NCBI RefSeq assembly: GCF_009914755.1
Contig: NC_060946.1
DNA length: 64,000 nucleotides
Source of the DNA: the human T2T-CHM13v2.0 reference genome, Homo sapiens
Direction: 5' to 3' (one strand)
This document shows positions 14,926 through 29,578 of the stretch, in pieces. The notes beneath the pieces were generated by a model, which worked only from the letters and a program-made list of their open reading frames with translations, did no database searches and was not told the origin of the DNA. Position 1 is the stretch's first letter, and each line of letters opens with the position of its first letter. Position numbers and translations under genes: made by a program.

Positions 14926-16210
14926 TCTGGGTTGTGGGTATTTAATGAATTGGTTAGTGTAAAGTCCACTCTGTACGTGTTAGCTATCCTTAGAGTAATT
15001 CTGAGTTGGGAAGGATAATTAGAGGGAGCCCCCTCCCCCATTTTATAGGAGATGATACAGAGACCAGAGAGGGTGATTGACCAGGCTGAGGTCACACAGC
15101 TGGAAGAGCTGGGACTCAAGCCACTGTTTTCCTACTCACCTCAAGCTGTTACATGGGAGGAGGACATCAAGAATTGGTGAGCAGATAGCTGGGATGCCAG
15201 ACTGGAAGTCAGAATTGTGGTCATATCTGGACACAGAGATCTAGAAGGTGTTTCTTCTTACTCACCATCTCCTTTAATCCAAATAAGCCTGCCAAGTAGG
15301 GGGTCCTAGTCTCCTTCCCAGCTGAGGAGCACTGAGGCCTGGAGAAGTGACCGAGAGGCTGCAAACCAGGCCGCCTGTCTCATGGACAAGGGTCTCTTTA
15401 TGGTGCCTGAGTTTGAAAGGCAGGCAGGCAGGCAGATGAGCCCCCCAGAGGGAACCAGAGATGATAAGAGCAGAAGCCTTCTACAAGGGCACCACTGCAC
15501 AGAGACCAAGCCGTGTGTGCCAGCAGGGACTGCCAAGGGAGCTAGCGAGTGACGATCGTTTTAATGAGTCCCCTTGGGGAACAGGGTCCACATTTGCCTT
15601 TTCCAAAGTGTGTCCTGTTTCCTTGCTCACGGCTGGGAGTATCTGAGCCTTTACCGAGAACTCCTAGGGATATCCAGATCTTCTCTGAAAGAGCCTGTTG
15701 CTGGCGCTGCAGTTTCAGGCCCTGAGGCGTGATAGGCAGGATAAGCTGGTGGGGGGCTTGTCCTTATTTCACAGGACTGAGGACCCCTGCCACCCGGCTT
15801 TGTTCTGTTTCCATCAGCCCACCCTGGCTCCGCACCGATGTTTCCCAGGCCCTTGTGTTCATAAAGGCTGATTGCTGGCGGCCGTCATTTAAATGGAGGC
15901 TCATGTCTTTGTCAAGCTCTGAGCTCACTCATCCTTTGGAAAAGACAGAAAAGACTTTGGTACCAATTTGCTCTAATGAAGGCCACATCCCTTCTAGAGG
16001 GATCAGAGGGGGACCTGTTCCCATCCAGCTTTAAGTCAGATTGGCTGTGCGCCCCCTGCGTGTCTGCTCGCTATTAGGAATGTTCACATTCATCTTTGAA
16101 TCTCATTGTCCTAAAGATTTCAGAAGGTTGGGGAGGGAGCAAGATGCAGGGGAAAGAGAGCTCTGGGTTACTGTCCGGATAGATGAAGTTTTGGGTTTTA
16201 GTTATCTTTT

Positions 16211-16366
16211 TGCTATTGATTTTGTTTTGTTTTTCAAATTTTTAATCATAGTAAAATATGTTACAATAACAAAATTTACCATCTTAACTGCTATTGATTT
16301 TGTTTTGTTTTTCAAATTTTTAATCATAGTAAAATATGTTACAATAACAAAATTTACCATCTTAAC
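16211..16366. repeat. Perfect 78-bp tandem duplication
   Basis: 16211-16288 is identical to 16289-16366. Confidence 0.95.
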
Positions 16367-16371
16367 CACTC

Positions 16372-16664
16372 TTTTTATTTTTTAGAGGCAGGGTCTTGCT
16401 CTGTCACCGAGGCTGGAGTGCAGTGTTACGATCATGACTCATTGCAGACTTGACCTCCCAGGGTCAAGTGATCCTCCCACCTCAGCCTCCTGAGTAGCTG
16501 GGACTACAGGCACACACCACCATGCCTAGCTGATTTTTCTATTTTTTGTAGAGATGGGGTTTCGCCATGTCGCCTAGGGTGGTCTCAGACTCCGAGCCTC
16601 AAGTGATCCACCCCTCAACCTCCCCAAGTGCTGGGATTACAGGCATGAGCTACTGCCCTCAGCT
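16372..16664 (-). mobile_element. AluJ-like nested in L1
   Basis: TSD ccatcttaac. Confidence 0.92.
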
Positions 16665-16676
16665 CCATCTTAACTA

Positions 16677-17035
16677 TTTTTTTTTTAAATTTTATTTTAA
16701 GTTCTGGGATACATGTACAGAATGTGCAGGCTTGTTATATAGGTATACATGTGCCATGGTGGGTTGCTGTATCTATCAACCCCTCATCTAGGTTTTAAGC
16801 CCCGCATGCATTAGCTATGTGTCCTGATGCCTCCCTCCCCTCCACCCCTTGACGGGCCCTGGTGTGTGTTGTTCCTGTCCCTGTGTCCATGTGTTCTCAT
16901 TGTTCAACTCCCACTTATAAGTAAGAACATACAGTGTTTGGCTTTCTGTTCCTGTGTTAGTTTGCTGAGGATGCTGGCTTCCAGCTTCATCCATGTCCCT
17001 GCAAAGGACATGATGTCATTCCTTTTTACGGCTGT
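16677..17035 (-). mobile_element. L1PA 3' end fragment nested in older L1
   Basis: tttaagttctgggatacatgtacagaatgtgcagg...gcaaaggacatg. Confidence 0.85.
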
Positions 17036-17148
17036 GTTACCCATTCTTAAGTGTACAGTGGAGTGGCATTACATACATTCACATTGTTGTGTAACCATCA
17101 CCACCATCCATCCCAGAAGTCTTTTTGTCTTGTAAAACTGAAATTTCA

Positions 17149-17795
<647 letters not shown>

Positions 17796-19074
17796 AAACT
17801 GAAACTTCATACCCATTAAACACTAACTCCACATCCTTCCTCCTCCTAAGCTCCTGACAACCACCATTCTACTGTCTCTGTATGATTTTGGCTACTCTAA
17901 ATATCTCATGTAAGTGGAATCATACAGTATATGTCTTTCTTATGACTGGCTTACTTGACTTGGCATCATAGCCTCAAGGTTTGTTCATGTTGGAGCATAT
18001 GTCAGAATGCCTTTCTTTTTGTGTATGTGTATTGCCTTTCTTGTATGTGTATGTCATCTTTTGCTTCTCCATTCTTCCATTGATGGACACTTGAGTTGCT
18101 TCCACATTTAGCTATTGTGAGTAACGCTTCTATGAACATGGGTATACAAATATCTTCTCCAGACTCTGCATTCAATGCTTTTGAGTATATATCCAGGAGT
18201 GGAATTGCTGGATCACATGGCATTTTTAATTTTTTGAGGAACCGCCATACTGCAGCAGCTATTCTATTTTATATTCCTACCAACAGTGCACAAGGGTTCC
18301 AAGTTCTCCACATTCTTGCCAACATTTATTTTTTTAAATAGTAGCCATCTTAATAGGTATGAGTTGGCATCTCATTGTAGTTTTGATGTACATTTCCCTA
18401 ATGGTTAGTGATGTTGAGTATCTTTTCATGTGACCTTTGACTCTTTGTATATCCTATTTGGAGAGCTGTCTATTCAAGTTCTTTGCCTATTTTGAATCAG
18501 GTTTTGGTTTTTGTTGTTGCTGTGTTTTAGCAGTTCTCTATGTGTTCCGGTATCAGTCCCTTATCAAATACATGACTGGCAAATGTTTTCTCCCATACTG
18601 TGGGTTGACTTTTTACTCTGTTAATAGTCTCTTAATGCACAAAAATTTTTAAATTTTCATGAAGTCCAACTTATCTATTTTTTTCTTAGTTGCCTGTGCC
18701 TTTGGAGTCATATCCAAGAAATCTTTGCCAAATCCAGTGTCATGAAGCTTTTGCCCTATATTTTCTTCTCAAAGTTTTTTAAAGTCTTACATTTCAGTCT
18801 TTGATTCATTTTAAGTTTTGTATATGGCATTAGGTAAGGATACAACTTCCTTCTTGTGTATGTGGATATCCAGTTTTCCCAGCACTGAAAAGACTGTCCT
18901 TTCACCATTGAATGGTTTTGGCACCCTTGTCAAAAATCATCTGACCATACATGTGAAGGTTTATGGTGGGATCTCCTTTCTATTCCTTTGGTCTATACGG
19001 CCAACTTTATGCCAGTACAACACTGTTTTTATCACTATTTGCTATTGATTTTTAATTAATTACACATGATCTGA

Positions 19075-19458
<384 letters not shown>

Positions 19459-21319
19459 TAGGACATCTTCAATGCATGTTTGAAAATAACGTGTTGGGTG
19501 CAGGATTCTGTATGTACTGTTGGTTGTTTTGCTATTTGTCTTTGTGGCTTGCGTGTTTTTGTAATTTTGGATAGTGAGCTCACATTTACAATGGTTTTAT
19601 CTGTGAGAATCCTGTGTGGCCTTTACTGTGGGTAGGGCTATCCACAGAGGCTTGCATTTGCTACTAGTAGCCACATGTCTGTGGTGTAACTCGCCCCAGG
19701 TTTTTTTCTTATATTAATTTCTATACTTGGGAGTCCTGGGACCATATGGGTAATACAAATTCAAACCTCAAATGTGTGTTAGTGAAGGTCTAGAGTTAAA
19801 ATTTCTCAAGAGATCATTCTTTTCAAATTTTTTCCAGCCGAGCCAGAAATGAGACTACAACTTTTTTGTCTTTTCCCTTTGTGAAAGGGTGATTTTTCCC
19901 CACCATTTGCTTTTTTCATTGAGGATATGGGTCCAGTTTTATTCTGGTTCCAAATTTCTGCTGGCAAGGGTCCCAGGCCTTGTCTCCTATCCCTCCCTCC
20001 ACAGGTATAAAATCCAAGCTCCTTTGGTTACCAACATTAGCAAAAGCCACCACCTCCCACGCCCATCTCCTGCCTCCCTTTGCCACCCATAGGCCCACCC
20101 TGTAGGACAGCCAAAGAATAAACACCTGCTTGTCACTGTGATTTTTGGCTTTTCTCTTTGTTTTTGGTCCCTGGGGATTTTTTTTTTTTTTTAATCTCGG
20201 AAACTCAGTTGGGTATTTGAAAGAATGTTTATGTTTTACCCAGTCTTTAAGTATAGACAGAAGGTTAGCAGGACAGAAGGTTCTATCTTTTCATGCCTCA
20301 GACCTGGGTTCCATTCTCTCTGCCTCTGAGTGATTTTGCAGAGCATCCCCACCCTACAACTCTCAGGCCTCGCCTTGCACCTATCCAATGGGGTTAATCA
20401 TTCCCCAGCCTCACCTCATGGGGGCTGCTCATGGAGATAAAAGGTATGAGATTGATGGGGTAGAGGCGGGCGGCAAGGGGCTGGACATTAACCCCTGGAA
20501 TTTCCAGTGGCTTCCAGAGCTAAGCACCTATGTCCGTGGTGGTGCTTCCAGGATGGCTGGTGACCAGTCATCTCAGAGATGAGGTGCACTAAGGGACAAA
20601 GACCCTTCAGCAGATTTGTCCAGCAGTGCCTGGGTGGGCAGGAGCTCGCTCTGAGCCTCAAATCCATAGATGAAAATCCCTCCAGGACCCTATGGCTGAT
20701 TTACTCCCAATGTGTCCCTGGAAGCTGTGTCCTCCACCAGGTTCTCCACCTGAGAAGAATGCACTCACTCACTCCTCTGCCTATACCACATACCCAGGTG
20801 CTTCTTCAAAAAGGCTTTTATACAAGCTCTCAAAGGCAGTCCCTCACCAAATTCTAAATATTCCAAACATCCCATCCACTCTGGCCACTTTCTGTTGTCC
20901 CCACTGCCTCAGGCCTCATTATCCTCACCAGGGTCATTTCGAGTCTCGCCCTGGAGTGGCCTCTGTCCCTCCTGGGACTCCCTCCTGAGCTCACAGCTTC
21001 CCTGGCTGATGCTCAGCGCGTGTGGATGTCTGGAGGCCAGGACGGGGCCTCCCCCTGCTGCTTCCTTTGTGACCCCACCGCTGTGGATCAGGTGTCCTTG
21101 TGCTCGGCCTCTGCAGGCCACCAGGCCTTTTTGAAGTCTGTCCTCCCAGAAGCCAGCAGCCTGAACAAAGAGGGCACAGAATCAGCTCGCAGACCTGTTA
21201 GCTGGCTTGGGGGGGGGCTGGGCAATTTGATGTGGCCTCTGTCACCTCCCTATTCACTCCAGGCATGGCTTGACATGGACCAAAAAATTTCAACTTTTAG
21301 CTTTTAAAAAGCAACCAAG

Positions 21320-21617
21320 GGCTGGGCATGGTAGTTCATGCCTGTAATCCCAGCACTTTGGGAGGCTAAGGCAGGTGGATCACGAGGTCAGGAGTTCAAG
21401 ACCAGCCTGGCCAACATGGTGAAACCCCGTCTCTACTAAAAATACAAAAATTAGCTGGGCGTGGTGGCATGTGTCTGTAATCCCAGCTCCTCGGGAGACT
21501 GAGGCAGGAGAATTGCTTGAACCCAGACCCAGGAGGCGGAGGTTTCAGTGAGCCAAGGTTGCACCCCTGCACTCCAGCCTGGACTACAGAGCAAGACTCT
21601 GTCACAAACAAACAAAC
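21320..21617 (+). mobile_element. AluS
   Basis: Full Alu consensus. Confidence 0.95.
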
Positions 21618-23799
21618 GTAACCAGGTAATTTTGCAAAAATAGTCATCCACATCCCATCCCATCCCCCTACTCCTTGGCTTGCCCCACCCCTGAGCTTCA
21701 TCCCACCGCTGACCCTTAACCCTGGGAGGAGGCCCAGGAATAGGACAAGGAAGGGGTGGGGGCCAGGCAGGCACCCCCCTCTCTAAGCCGAGTCAGCTCG
21801 CTCTCGGGCAATTGCTTGGTATTGCCCAGTCCTCTTCACAAACTGTTCAGTTCCTCGAGAAGTTGCCACAGCCTCCTCACTCATTAACCCTCAACTAATA
21901 AGGAGACTTACCTGCTTAGCAATGGCAGGACTTGTGATCAGGAACACGGTGACTAATTTCGACCTGCACTTGCCTCACATGGGCTGCCCCATGTCCTCAT
22001 TCCCAAGAGCTTGGGGTTCAGGGGCAAACAGATGGGGCTGGGGTGAATGCCGACTCCCCTGCTCCAATTGTGCCCCCTTGGACAAATGAATAAGTTAATG
22101 ACTTCGCCTCTCTGGCCTCCTCTTCCCCATGACATCTGCTCATAACTCATGGGCTCGCTGGGCACGGGTTAGGGACATGGGCTAGGGCCAGTGACGTGCT
22201 CACCAGGGCTTGGCCGATAGTAGGTGCGCTAATAATTTGGGGTTCAAAAAAATAAGTACGAATCAGGGCTTTCTGGGAGTAGAACACCAAGGCAGGTGCT
22301 CAAGATGACAAGGAGGTGGCCGTGAGGCGCAGCAGTGGCACTGAGCAGGACCAGCCCTGGCTTACTGGCTGGCCTCCCCTGCCCTGTGGGTGCTTCACTG
22401 TGGGTCCCTTCCCACCTGCCTGCCCAGTGGCAGCCCCGTATCCGGGACAGGGACACACTCCCATTTGTCCTGCTGGTCCCTGCCTGGCCCAGGCCAGGCC
22501 CACTGGTAATGCTCAGAGGCAGTTGGTTGATTGCACTGAGCCCCAGGTCTACCTCTCAGCCGCTCCCAAGCCTCACTGTCCCAGCCAGCATAGGAAGAGG
22601 ACTGAGCTTGGTGACGGAGATGATCTGGGCCTACCATGTGCCAGACACTGAGGTGTGGGCAGAGAGGGGATGAAGACCCAGCCCTGTCCTTAGGAAGGGG
22701 GAAGGACAAAACCGCAGGTCAATACCGAGGGAGGAGACAGGGCAGGGCCCGGGAGGGCAGGTGGCAGGGGAGGGGCTTCAGGCAAAGGGAGGCAAGGAGG
22801 AGGGGGGCGGGGAGGTGGAGGCTAGGGGAGACTTTGCACCTCAGCCATTTGCAGATGGCACACAGGCTGTGTTGAGCTGTGGGGGCTCTGGGCATTGCAG
22901 CCTGGAAATTAACAGCAGGGTCTGTCTGCATTGAATATCCCCAGCGCCGGGACCAGGCATGACAAGGAACTAGATCACACTCCTGCCTGCCTAGAGGCCG
23001 TGGCGCTGGGGCGGTAGCCTCCCTGACCCCTATGGCACTGGTGTGGAAGACACAGGGGGCAGGTGCAGGCCAGGATGGAGACTGGTGGACCAGGCCAGAG
23101 CCGCTGCCAAAGCAGAAGCGCTCAGGACCCCAGGCTGCAGGGCGGGGAGATACTAGAGAGGCCAGACAGGAGGTGGGGTGGTGAGGAAGGGGAGACCAGA
23201 GCGCTACCTGTCCGAGGCCTGGCAAACAGGTGGCCACGGGAGTCATCGGGAGCTTGCAGGTGGAACGCCAGGCACCTGGGGAAGGCATGGAAGTTTGCCT
23301 GGGGCTGCTGCTTTTAAGCCCACCTATGTGGGGAGAGGGTGCGTCACCTCAAGAGAGAAGGCACATGGCACCCAGAAAACAAACTCGAAGACCACCATTC
23401 TCATTATCCGAATGTGATATCGGACTTTATGGCACGGTTGGGTGCCAAACTGTAGGACCCAATGGCAAGAGCAGCTGGTGCCCCATTCCGGCCTGCTCCC
23501 TTCTGGGCTTTGGGGCCACAACCCCAGAGGCCCCTTCCTCTCTGCGGGTGCTGTGATTCCCACTGAGGGACAGGCAGTGATGAGACCTCCATCCTCCCAC
23601 TCTCACCTACCCGTTATTCTCAAGGGTCCAAGAAGCAGCAGGCATCTCTTTTTCCCACTGAGGCACATGTGAGCTGGGGGAGTGTGGGAGATAGGAACCG
23701 GGAAGCAAGTGAGTGCCAGCGGTGGGACAGGGCTTCCCCCTCTTCACCTGTCACTGGAGGGACATGGACCTGCTACTTTTGAAAAGCCAGTCACAGCTG

Positions 23800-23864
23800 G
23801 AAGAAGACACAGACACACCCCAACCTAGGGGCTAGGCCTCAGCTTCGGAATGTGACAATTTATT
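23800..23864 (-). terminator. CBX6: CBX6 polyadenylation signal plus GU-rich downstream element
   Basis: TTTATT at 23859-23864 is AATAAA on the minus strand; downstream tgtgtctgtgtcttc at about 23817-23803. Confidence 0.8.
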
Positions 23865-24892
23865 TGGGGGGTAAAAGAGGCTTTTCACCCCCCTTTCCTG
23901 GCGTTGATACAATATTGAAGAGCAGCAGAACAAACGTACAAGACAGAGTAATCGGCACAGACCCACCCCTCCCCCGGAACCGCCGAATCCAGAATGGAGC
24001 CCAAACCCACACCCCCAACTAAGCGTCTTCTCCACAGGGGGAGGGGCAGGGTGGACTGGGGGACCTGCCCCCCATGCTGGGGCGGCACCTCCGTTTTCCA
24101 TCTCCTGCCAACCCCACTCTTTTCCCATCTTTGACCACTGGAGGCAAAGTTTAGCCAGCTGGGAGCTGGATGGTTGAACCACATACAAAGGCAACAACAC
24201 TTCATTTTAAAAATGAGAGAAAAAAGAGACAGTGCCCCTCCCCAAATATAGAGCTATATATGTATATTTTATATATATAGAATTCATTCGTGCACAATTC
24301 ATTAAATGAACGTCTCAAAAATTAAAAAAATTATAAGATACGTATTTCTTTAGGCCTTTGTGTTTTTAAATTAAAACCAACAAAAAGAAGTCTCCCTCTC
24401 CACTCCACCCAGCAGCAAGGGCAGCCGGAACGCTTCGCTCCAGCTACCTGGCCTCCCGCAAGAGGGTTCCCCCATGAGACCGTTAGTCTCTCTTTGCCTG
24501 GCTGACTACCTGCATACAGTAGGCACTCACTGCTGGAGTGAGGCACTGACTCCTCCAAAGATTGCAGGGGGCGGAGGAGGGAACCACGAAGGCCTGGGAG
24601 GGGGCATCTTTGGCCCCCACTAACCATCTCCCTATTTCTGCATCCTGGTGACCGTCAGCAAGAGATGAGTCGGGGAGACCCTCTCCTGGAGTTCTAGCCC
24701 CTAATTCTGGGCTTTCTATATGAGAGGACATGCAGATAGGGAAGAAACTAAAACCTTTCAATGTCTTCCTTTTTTCTTTAAAAGTGTTTCCTCAAACCAT
24801 CCCCGTCCCAAAGAGGCCGCCTTGGGCAAGTGCATGGGAGCCCGGAAGTGGAACTGACCAGGTGGGGCTCCACTGTCCTGTGTGGGCGAAGT

Positions 24893-24926
<34 letters not shown>

Positions 24927-27900
24927 AAGAAAAAAGAAAAACAAAAGAAAAAAGAAAAACCACCACAAACCAAAACAACAAAATGACACAGAAGAGTGGG
25001 CAAAAGGGGGATGTGTCCTCTTGGGTCCCCATAGGCCAGAGAGGCTGGTAGCAGTCCAGCCCCCTGGCCAACCCAGCTCCCTGTTGGGGCTGACCCTCCA
25101 GCCTTGGGCGGGCCCACCGGCCTGGCTCTCCTCCAGGACCTCCTGGCTCAGGGGCTCGAGGCCAATCTTGTGCTGGCTCCAGGGCCTGGGCCCTGCCTTT
25201 TAAAGGGCTTTTCCCCATAGGCCAAAGCATCCTGGGCCCCAGTCCCTGCCGCATTCCCCCAGTGAAGCAGCTGCGCTTCTCCAAAACCATTTTCACCTCT
25301 TCAAAAAGGGGCCATCCCCCCAACTCTGTCCACCTCACACTGAAGTTGGGGACTTGATCATCACCTCTTCCCAGATCATAGGAAGGATGAGGCTCATTTT
25401 GACCTTGACCCCTTTGCAGGGTGAGAACAAAGAGGGGTTGTGGGCAGCTGGGGGCCCCAGTACCAGCAACCTTGACCCCCCACCTGGTACTGGGCAGCTG
25501 CTCTGACACCAGCAGCGCTTTCTGAAGAGGGCTTGCTACCCAATACACCCATTTCACAGAAGGGCAAACTAAAGGTCAGAGTGGGCACCCAGACAGGGAT
25601 GGGTCCCAACTTACCGTCTCAAACCAGAGACACCAGACCTCACCGGTTTCCTATGATACTTGGGTGGGGAGGGGGCGCACTTAAGGGGAGATGACGGATG
25701 CCCCAACCAATATTGAACGTAGGAGGAGATTGGGCTTTGGGGGTTATTTCACATACAAAAATAAAGCAAACCAGATTGCAACTTCTGCTTGGTAATTAGG
25801 CAAATGGAAAGCAGCAAGGGTGGACGAGGGGCCCATGGAGGCTGATCTCCCAAGGGAGGCCGATCCGTGCAAGTGTGTGGGAGGCGGGGGTACTAGAGAG
25901 GGGAGGAAGGAGGCCTCCACTCACCCTCGGTCCCATCCACTCGGGCCCCCATGGGCACTGCCCACCTCAAGGCGGTGTGCCTGGTGCCTCTTCATGCACC
26001 AAGGCTGGCCCGGGCTGCTCCACTTGGAGCTCAGGCCAGCAGAAGCAGACCACCTGTGGCAAGGGAAATGCATTCCCTCTCCCCAGCCACCCCCAGGGGC
26101 CCAGCTTCTTGCCTCCTGAAGCCTGCATCCCCTTTCAGGCCAGGGAGGCTCAGAGAGGTTGTGGGCTTTAGGGTGACCCGTGGGGAGGGAGGTCTCCCCC
26201 ATAGGGTGGCGGTGGTGGGGACCAGATGGCCCAACAACTGGGAAAGGAACAGAAGGGGGCAAGAAACCAAACTGCCCACTCACCAGCCCCCTGGAGAAAA
26301 TCACCAGTGACAACCCCCACCCTCCCAAACCTCAGCTTGCCGGGACCTGCAGCTTGGGTTAGCTCCCGGGGACCCGCTGTTGTCCTTCCCTTTGAGCAAG
26401 CATGGGTGTGGAGATCTGGGTCCAGGCCCTCTCCACAGTGCCTGCGATGCCAGGGGACCTGCCAGCTGGGCCCAGGCCTCCGCCCCATCCTGACATTGCC
26501 ACCTCACCTGTGCAATCACTGCGTTACTATTTTTTCTTAAATAGCTCTTTCTCCCCCGCCACCCCCCCATAGGAATCCCACAATATTTTTTTCTATTTCT
26601 TTTTTTTTTTCCTCTTTTTTTGTTTTTGTTTTTTTGCAAAACTAATTCTTTCACTTTCCTGTCATAAAATCACCTCTGAAAACACAACTTCTTTACAAAA
26701 AAGTCACGAATGACACGAACTCTCAGGAAAACACATTTCTATGGTCTCTGGAAACACCTGTAACTGGCACCCAGGTGGTCACTCACCTGGGGGAGGGGGT
26801 CAGGGGGAAATCACCTCCAAGGACAGAGGAGAAATACCAGCCCTTATTTGGGCGAAAAGCCAATTGGCACTTGGACGGCCACAAAGCCAACACACAGGGC
26901 AGGGTAGGGAGGGGCCGAGGAGTATCAGCCCCCGCCCCAACCCTGCGAGGGTCCCCGTTCTACATCCCGGGGAGGGGAGGGCTAGGGCCACGCTGTGGGC
27001 CCTGGCAGGGAGATTGGGAAGGAAGGCAGCCTCCCATTCTTAGGACCAAAGGCGCTAGGGTTCTGATCGGCCTCCTGCCAACGTGCTTCTGAGGGAGGGG
27101 CCCATGGCAGCACAGCCAGGAAGCCAGCTCCAGCCACGCCTGGAACACGCCACCCACGCACAATGGAGACCCGGGAAGTGGCCCAGGGCTGGCCAGCGGG
27201 GCCCCGGTCCCAATTCTGGGACCAACACCCTCATTCTCCTGGAGAACACAGACCCTCTGGTCTCCCCTTTGCCTGCCTGCCCTCCCAGGGCCTGGCCTAA
27301 GGCTGGGGCTGTGGCCTCTGCCACTGGCACGGGTGCCTCAGCTCCCAGGCAGCAGAGGGAAACAGAAGCTGCCCAGGACACGGGAGCCTCCTTTGCTTCA
27401 GGCAGGCTGGGCTGTGAGAAAGCCTCCGTGGTCAGAAGCAAAAGAGGGGCTGGGACAAGCCGGGAGGCCCTCGGGAATGGATTCTTCAGCATCCTCCCCA
27501 AACACCGGGAGGAAGAGGGAGCTTGGAATGGGGTCTCCCTCTCTATCTCGGTCCCCACCATGATGTGAAGTGAAGGTCCGACAGGTTGGGCTGACCACCC
27601 TGAGGAGGGCAGGGGGGTGGGGGGCACGGTGCCCCCAGCACACCTGGGCCAGGAGGGGAGGCCTGGTGACTTCCACAGCAAACCTCCAGACCCAAGCCTG
27701 GTCCCCAGGCCTACTGAGGCGAGAGGCAGTCCAGGCCTTCAATGCCCCTGTTCAAAGGAACTGTAAAGGGTGCCACCCGGCAGCCTGGGGCCTAGCACCC
27801 AATGCATGTATGAACCCACGGACAAACACAGCGAGTGGGGCAGACGCACAACTGGAAGTTTCCACGGCAGGTTCTCGTAGCACCTTTGGTCAAGAACTGA

Positions 27901-28585
27901 AGGGGCCTTTAGATGCGGGGAGGCTGTGGCCAGGCGCACCCTCTGCCAGTTCCTCCCACCGTTGAGGGGGTTAGGAAAGAGCCAGGGCTGGGGCAGGGCA
28001 TAGGGGGTCTACTTAGGCCTCGTCCAAAATCGAGCAGGGAAGACCCCGCCCTGGCCCAACTTCTGATGCCCTGGCTGATGTGGAGGGAGGAGCCGAGTCA
28101 GGCCTCATCCTTGGCCTCTGCCTGGGACTTTGCCAAACAGGCAGGAAGCCCTCCTCCTGCCTAGGCATCTGCAGGAAGGAAAGGGACTGTGTCCACCCTC
28201 GGTGGGGGGCTCCTAAGGGCCCCACAGCTGCCAGGTTAGCACCGAGAAATCAGACGCCGCACAGGAGAGCAGGAAGCAAGCTAGAGAGACAGGTGGGATG
28301 TGGAAGGGGCAGAGGAACCCTAGTTTCTAGGGCTTTCCAGAAACCACCCAGTGGGCTACCATGCATGGGCAGGGGGTGTGCCCTTCCCCTGCCCCATTCC
28401 AGGGTGGCCCCTACCCCCGGCTTTCTGGGACCCCAACTACCCAGCCCCATCCCTGGGTCAACACCGAGCCATTTGAGACAAGCAAAGCACAGGGAGAGAG
28501 GGCTGGGGGCAAGGGTGGGGTGGGAGCAAGAGTATGACTTCGGGCAGGAGGGCCCCCCCAAGCCCCCCTCCTTGGTGGAGCCCCC
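23840..28585 (-). other. CBX6: CBX6 long 3'UTR (~4.7 kb)
   Basis: No recognisable interspersed repeats between the stop codon and the AATAAA; contains U-rich, A-rich and AU-rich blocks. The 3' end is approximate. Confidence 0.8.
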
Positions 28586-29578
28586 TCACTTGCTCGCCCC
28601 AATGCTGCCACCGCCCCCAGCGGCGCCTGCTACCCCAGCAGCCACCTTCTCGAAATCCTCAGGGTTGCAGAATTCCTTGATTGTGACCGTCAGGAGGTTG
28701 CTGGTGACATCGGTGACGACCACATTGGAGCAGGGTGACATCTCGGGGCGCCAGTCCCCAGCCTCGGGCTCGGAGGAGGCACCGGCGGGCTCAGGGGCCG
28801 TGGGAGGTGCCGGGCCGGCAGCAGCTGTGACCTCAGGCGGTGCCCGCTTGCTGGTGGCTGCCGACTCGGGAGGGAGGGACAGGTCGAGCACCTCCGGCTC
28901 GCGCCAGCTGGGGGCGGATGGGCTCACGGTCTCGGGGAGGAGCTTGGGGGGCGTGTCGTCGGGGTCAGAGGACTGTGGTGTAGGCGAGGGGCAGCCGGAG
29001 GAGCCAGAGCTGCGGGCGTCGTAGGGGGCGGCGGGGGCGGCCAGAAGTAGCCCAGGGCCCGGGGCTGAGGCCTCAGCCTTGCCGGGGGACGGGGCTACCA
29101 GGGGGGCGGGCGGAGGCTTGTACAGCGCAAAGGCGCCGAACTTCATGTGGCGGATCTGTGTACGCAGGACGCTCTCGCTGAACTTCTTGCTCTTGCCTAT
29201 AACGCGGTTCCGCGAGGGGACTTTGGGGCGGGCCAGCGCCCCGGCCCCCTGCCCGGCGCCCCCGCCGCCAGCGCCCTTGTCGATCACCTTCAGGTTCAGG
29301 ATGATGCGGTTCCGCTTGGGCTCCCGCGGCTTCACCTTGCGGTTGATGATGCGCACCGTCTCCGAGAAGGGCGAAATGGGCGGGCGCAGTCCGGGGCTGC
29401 CCCCCTGCGGGTCCGGGCGGGGCAGGGGACGGCGGGACATACGGTGGCAGCGGCGGATGTCCTTCTTGAGCCGGTGCACGGCTGCGCTGGAGTGCAGCTT
29501 GGGCGAGGAGGCACTGGCGCTCGGCTTGACAGAGAAATGCACATCACTGATGCGGAGGGCCTCGGCCTGGGCCCGCGC
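28586..29578 (-). CDS. CBX6: CBX6 exon 5 CDS with C-terminal Pc box; protein total 412 aa (PRC1 chromobox protein)
   Basis: gcAG|GCGCGG acceptor at 29578, 993 nt to TGA; ORF 28586..29542 is the same frame; Pc box [19 protein letters not shown]. Confidence 0.98.
   Translation of the reverse strand, partial: ARAQAEALRISDVHFSVKPSASASSPKLHSSAAVHRLKKDIRRCHRMSRRPLPRPDPQGGSPGLRPPISPFSETVRIINRKVKPREPKRNRIILNLKVIDKGAGGGGAGQGAGALARPKVPSRNRVIGKSKKFSESVLRTQIRHMKFGAFALYKPPPAPLVAPSPGKAEASAPGPGLLLAAPAAPYDARSSGSSGCPSPTPQSSDPDDTPPKLLPETVSPSAPSWREPEVLDLSLPPESAATSKRAPPEVTAAAGPAPPTAPEPAGASSEPEAGDWRPEMSPCSNVVVTDVTSNLLTVTIKEFCNPEDFEKVAAGVAGAAGGGGSIGASK

Noticed and set aside
20526-20546. Possible REST/RE1 site (TGTCCGTGGTGGTG); half-site also at 5166-5174
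   Set aside because: Only about 14/21 match, with key conserved C positions missing.
24730-25557. Poly-Lys and poly-Phe ORFs
   Set aside because: Translations of the A/T homopolymer in the CBX6 3'UTR.
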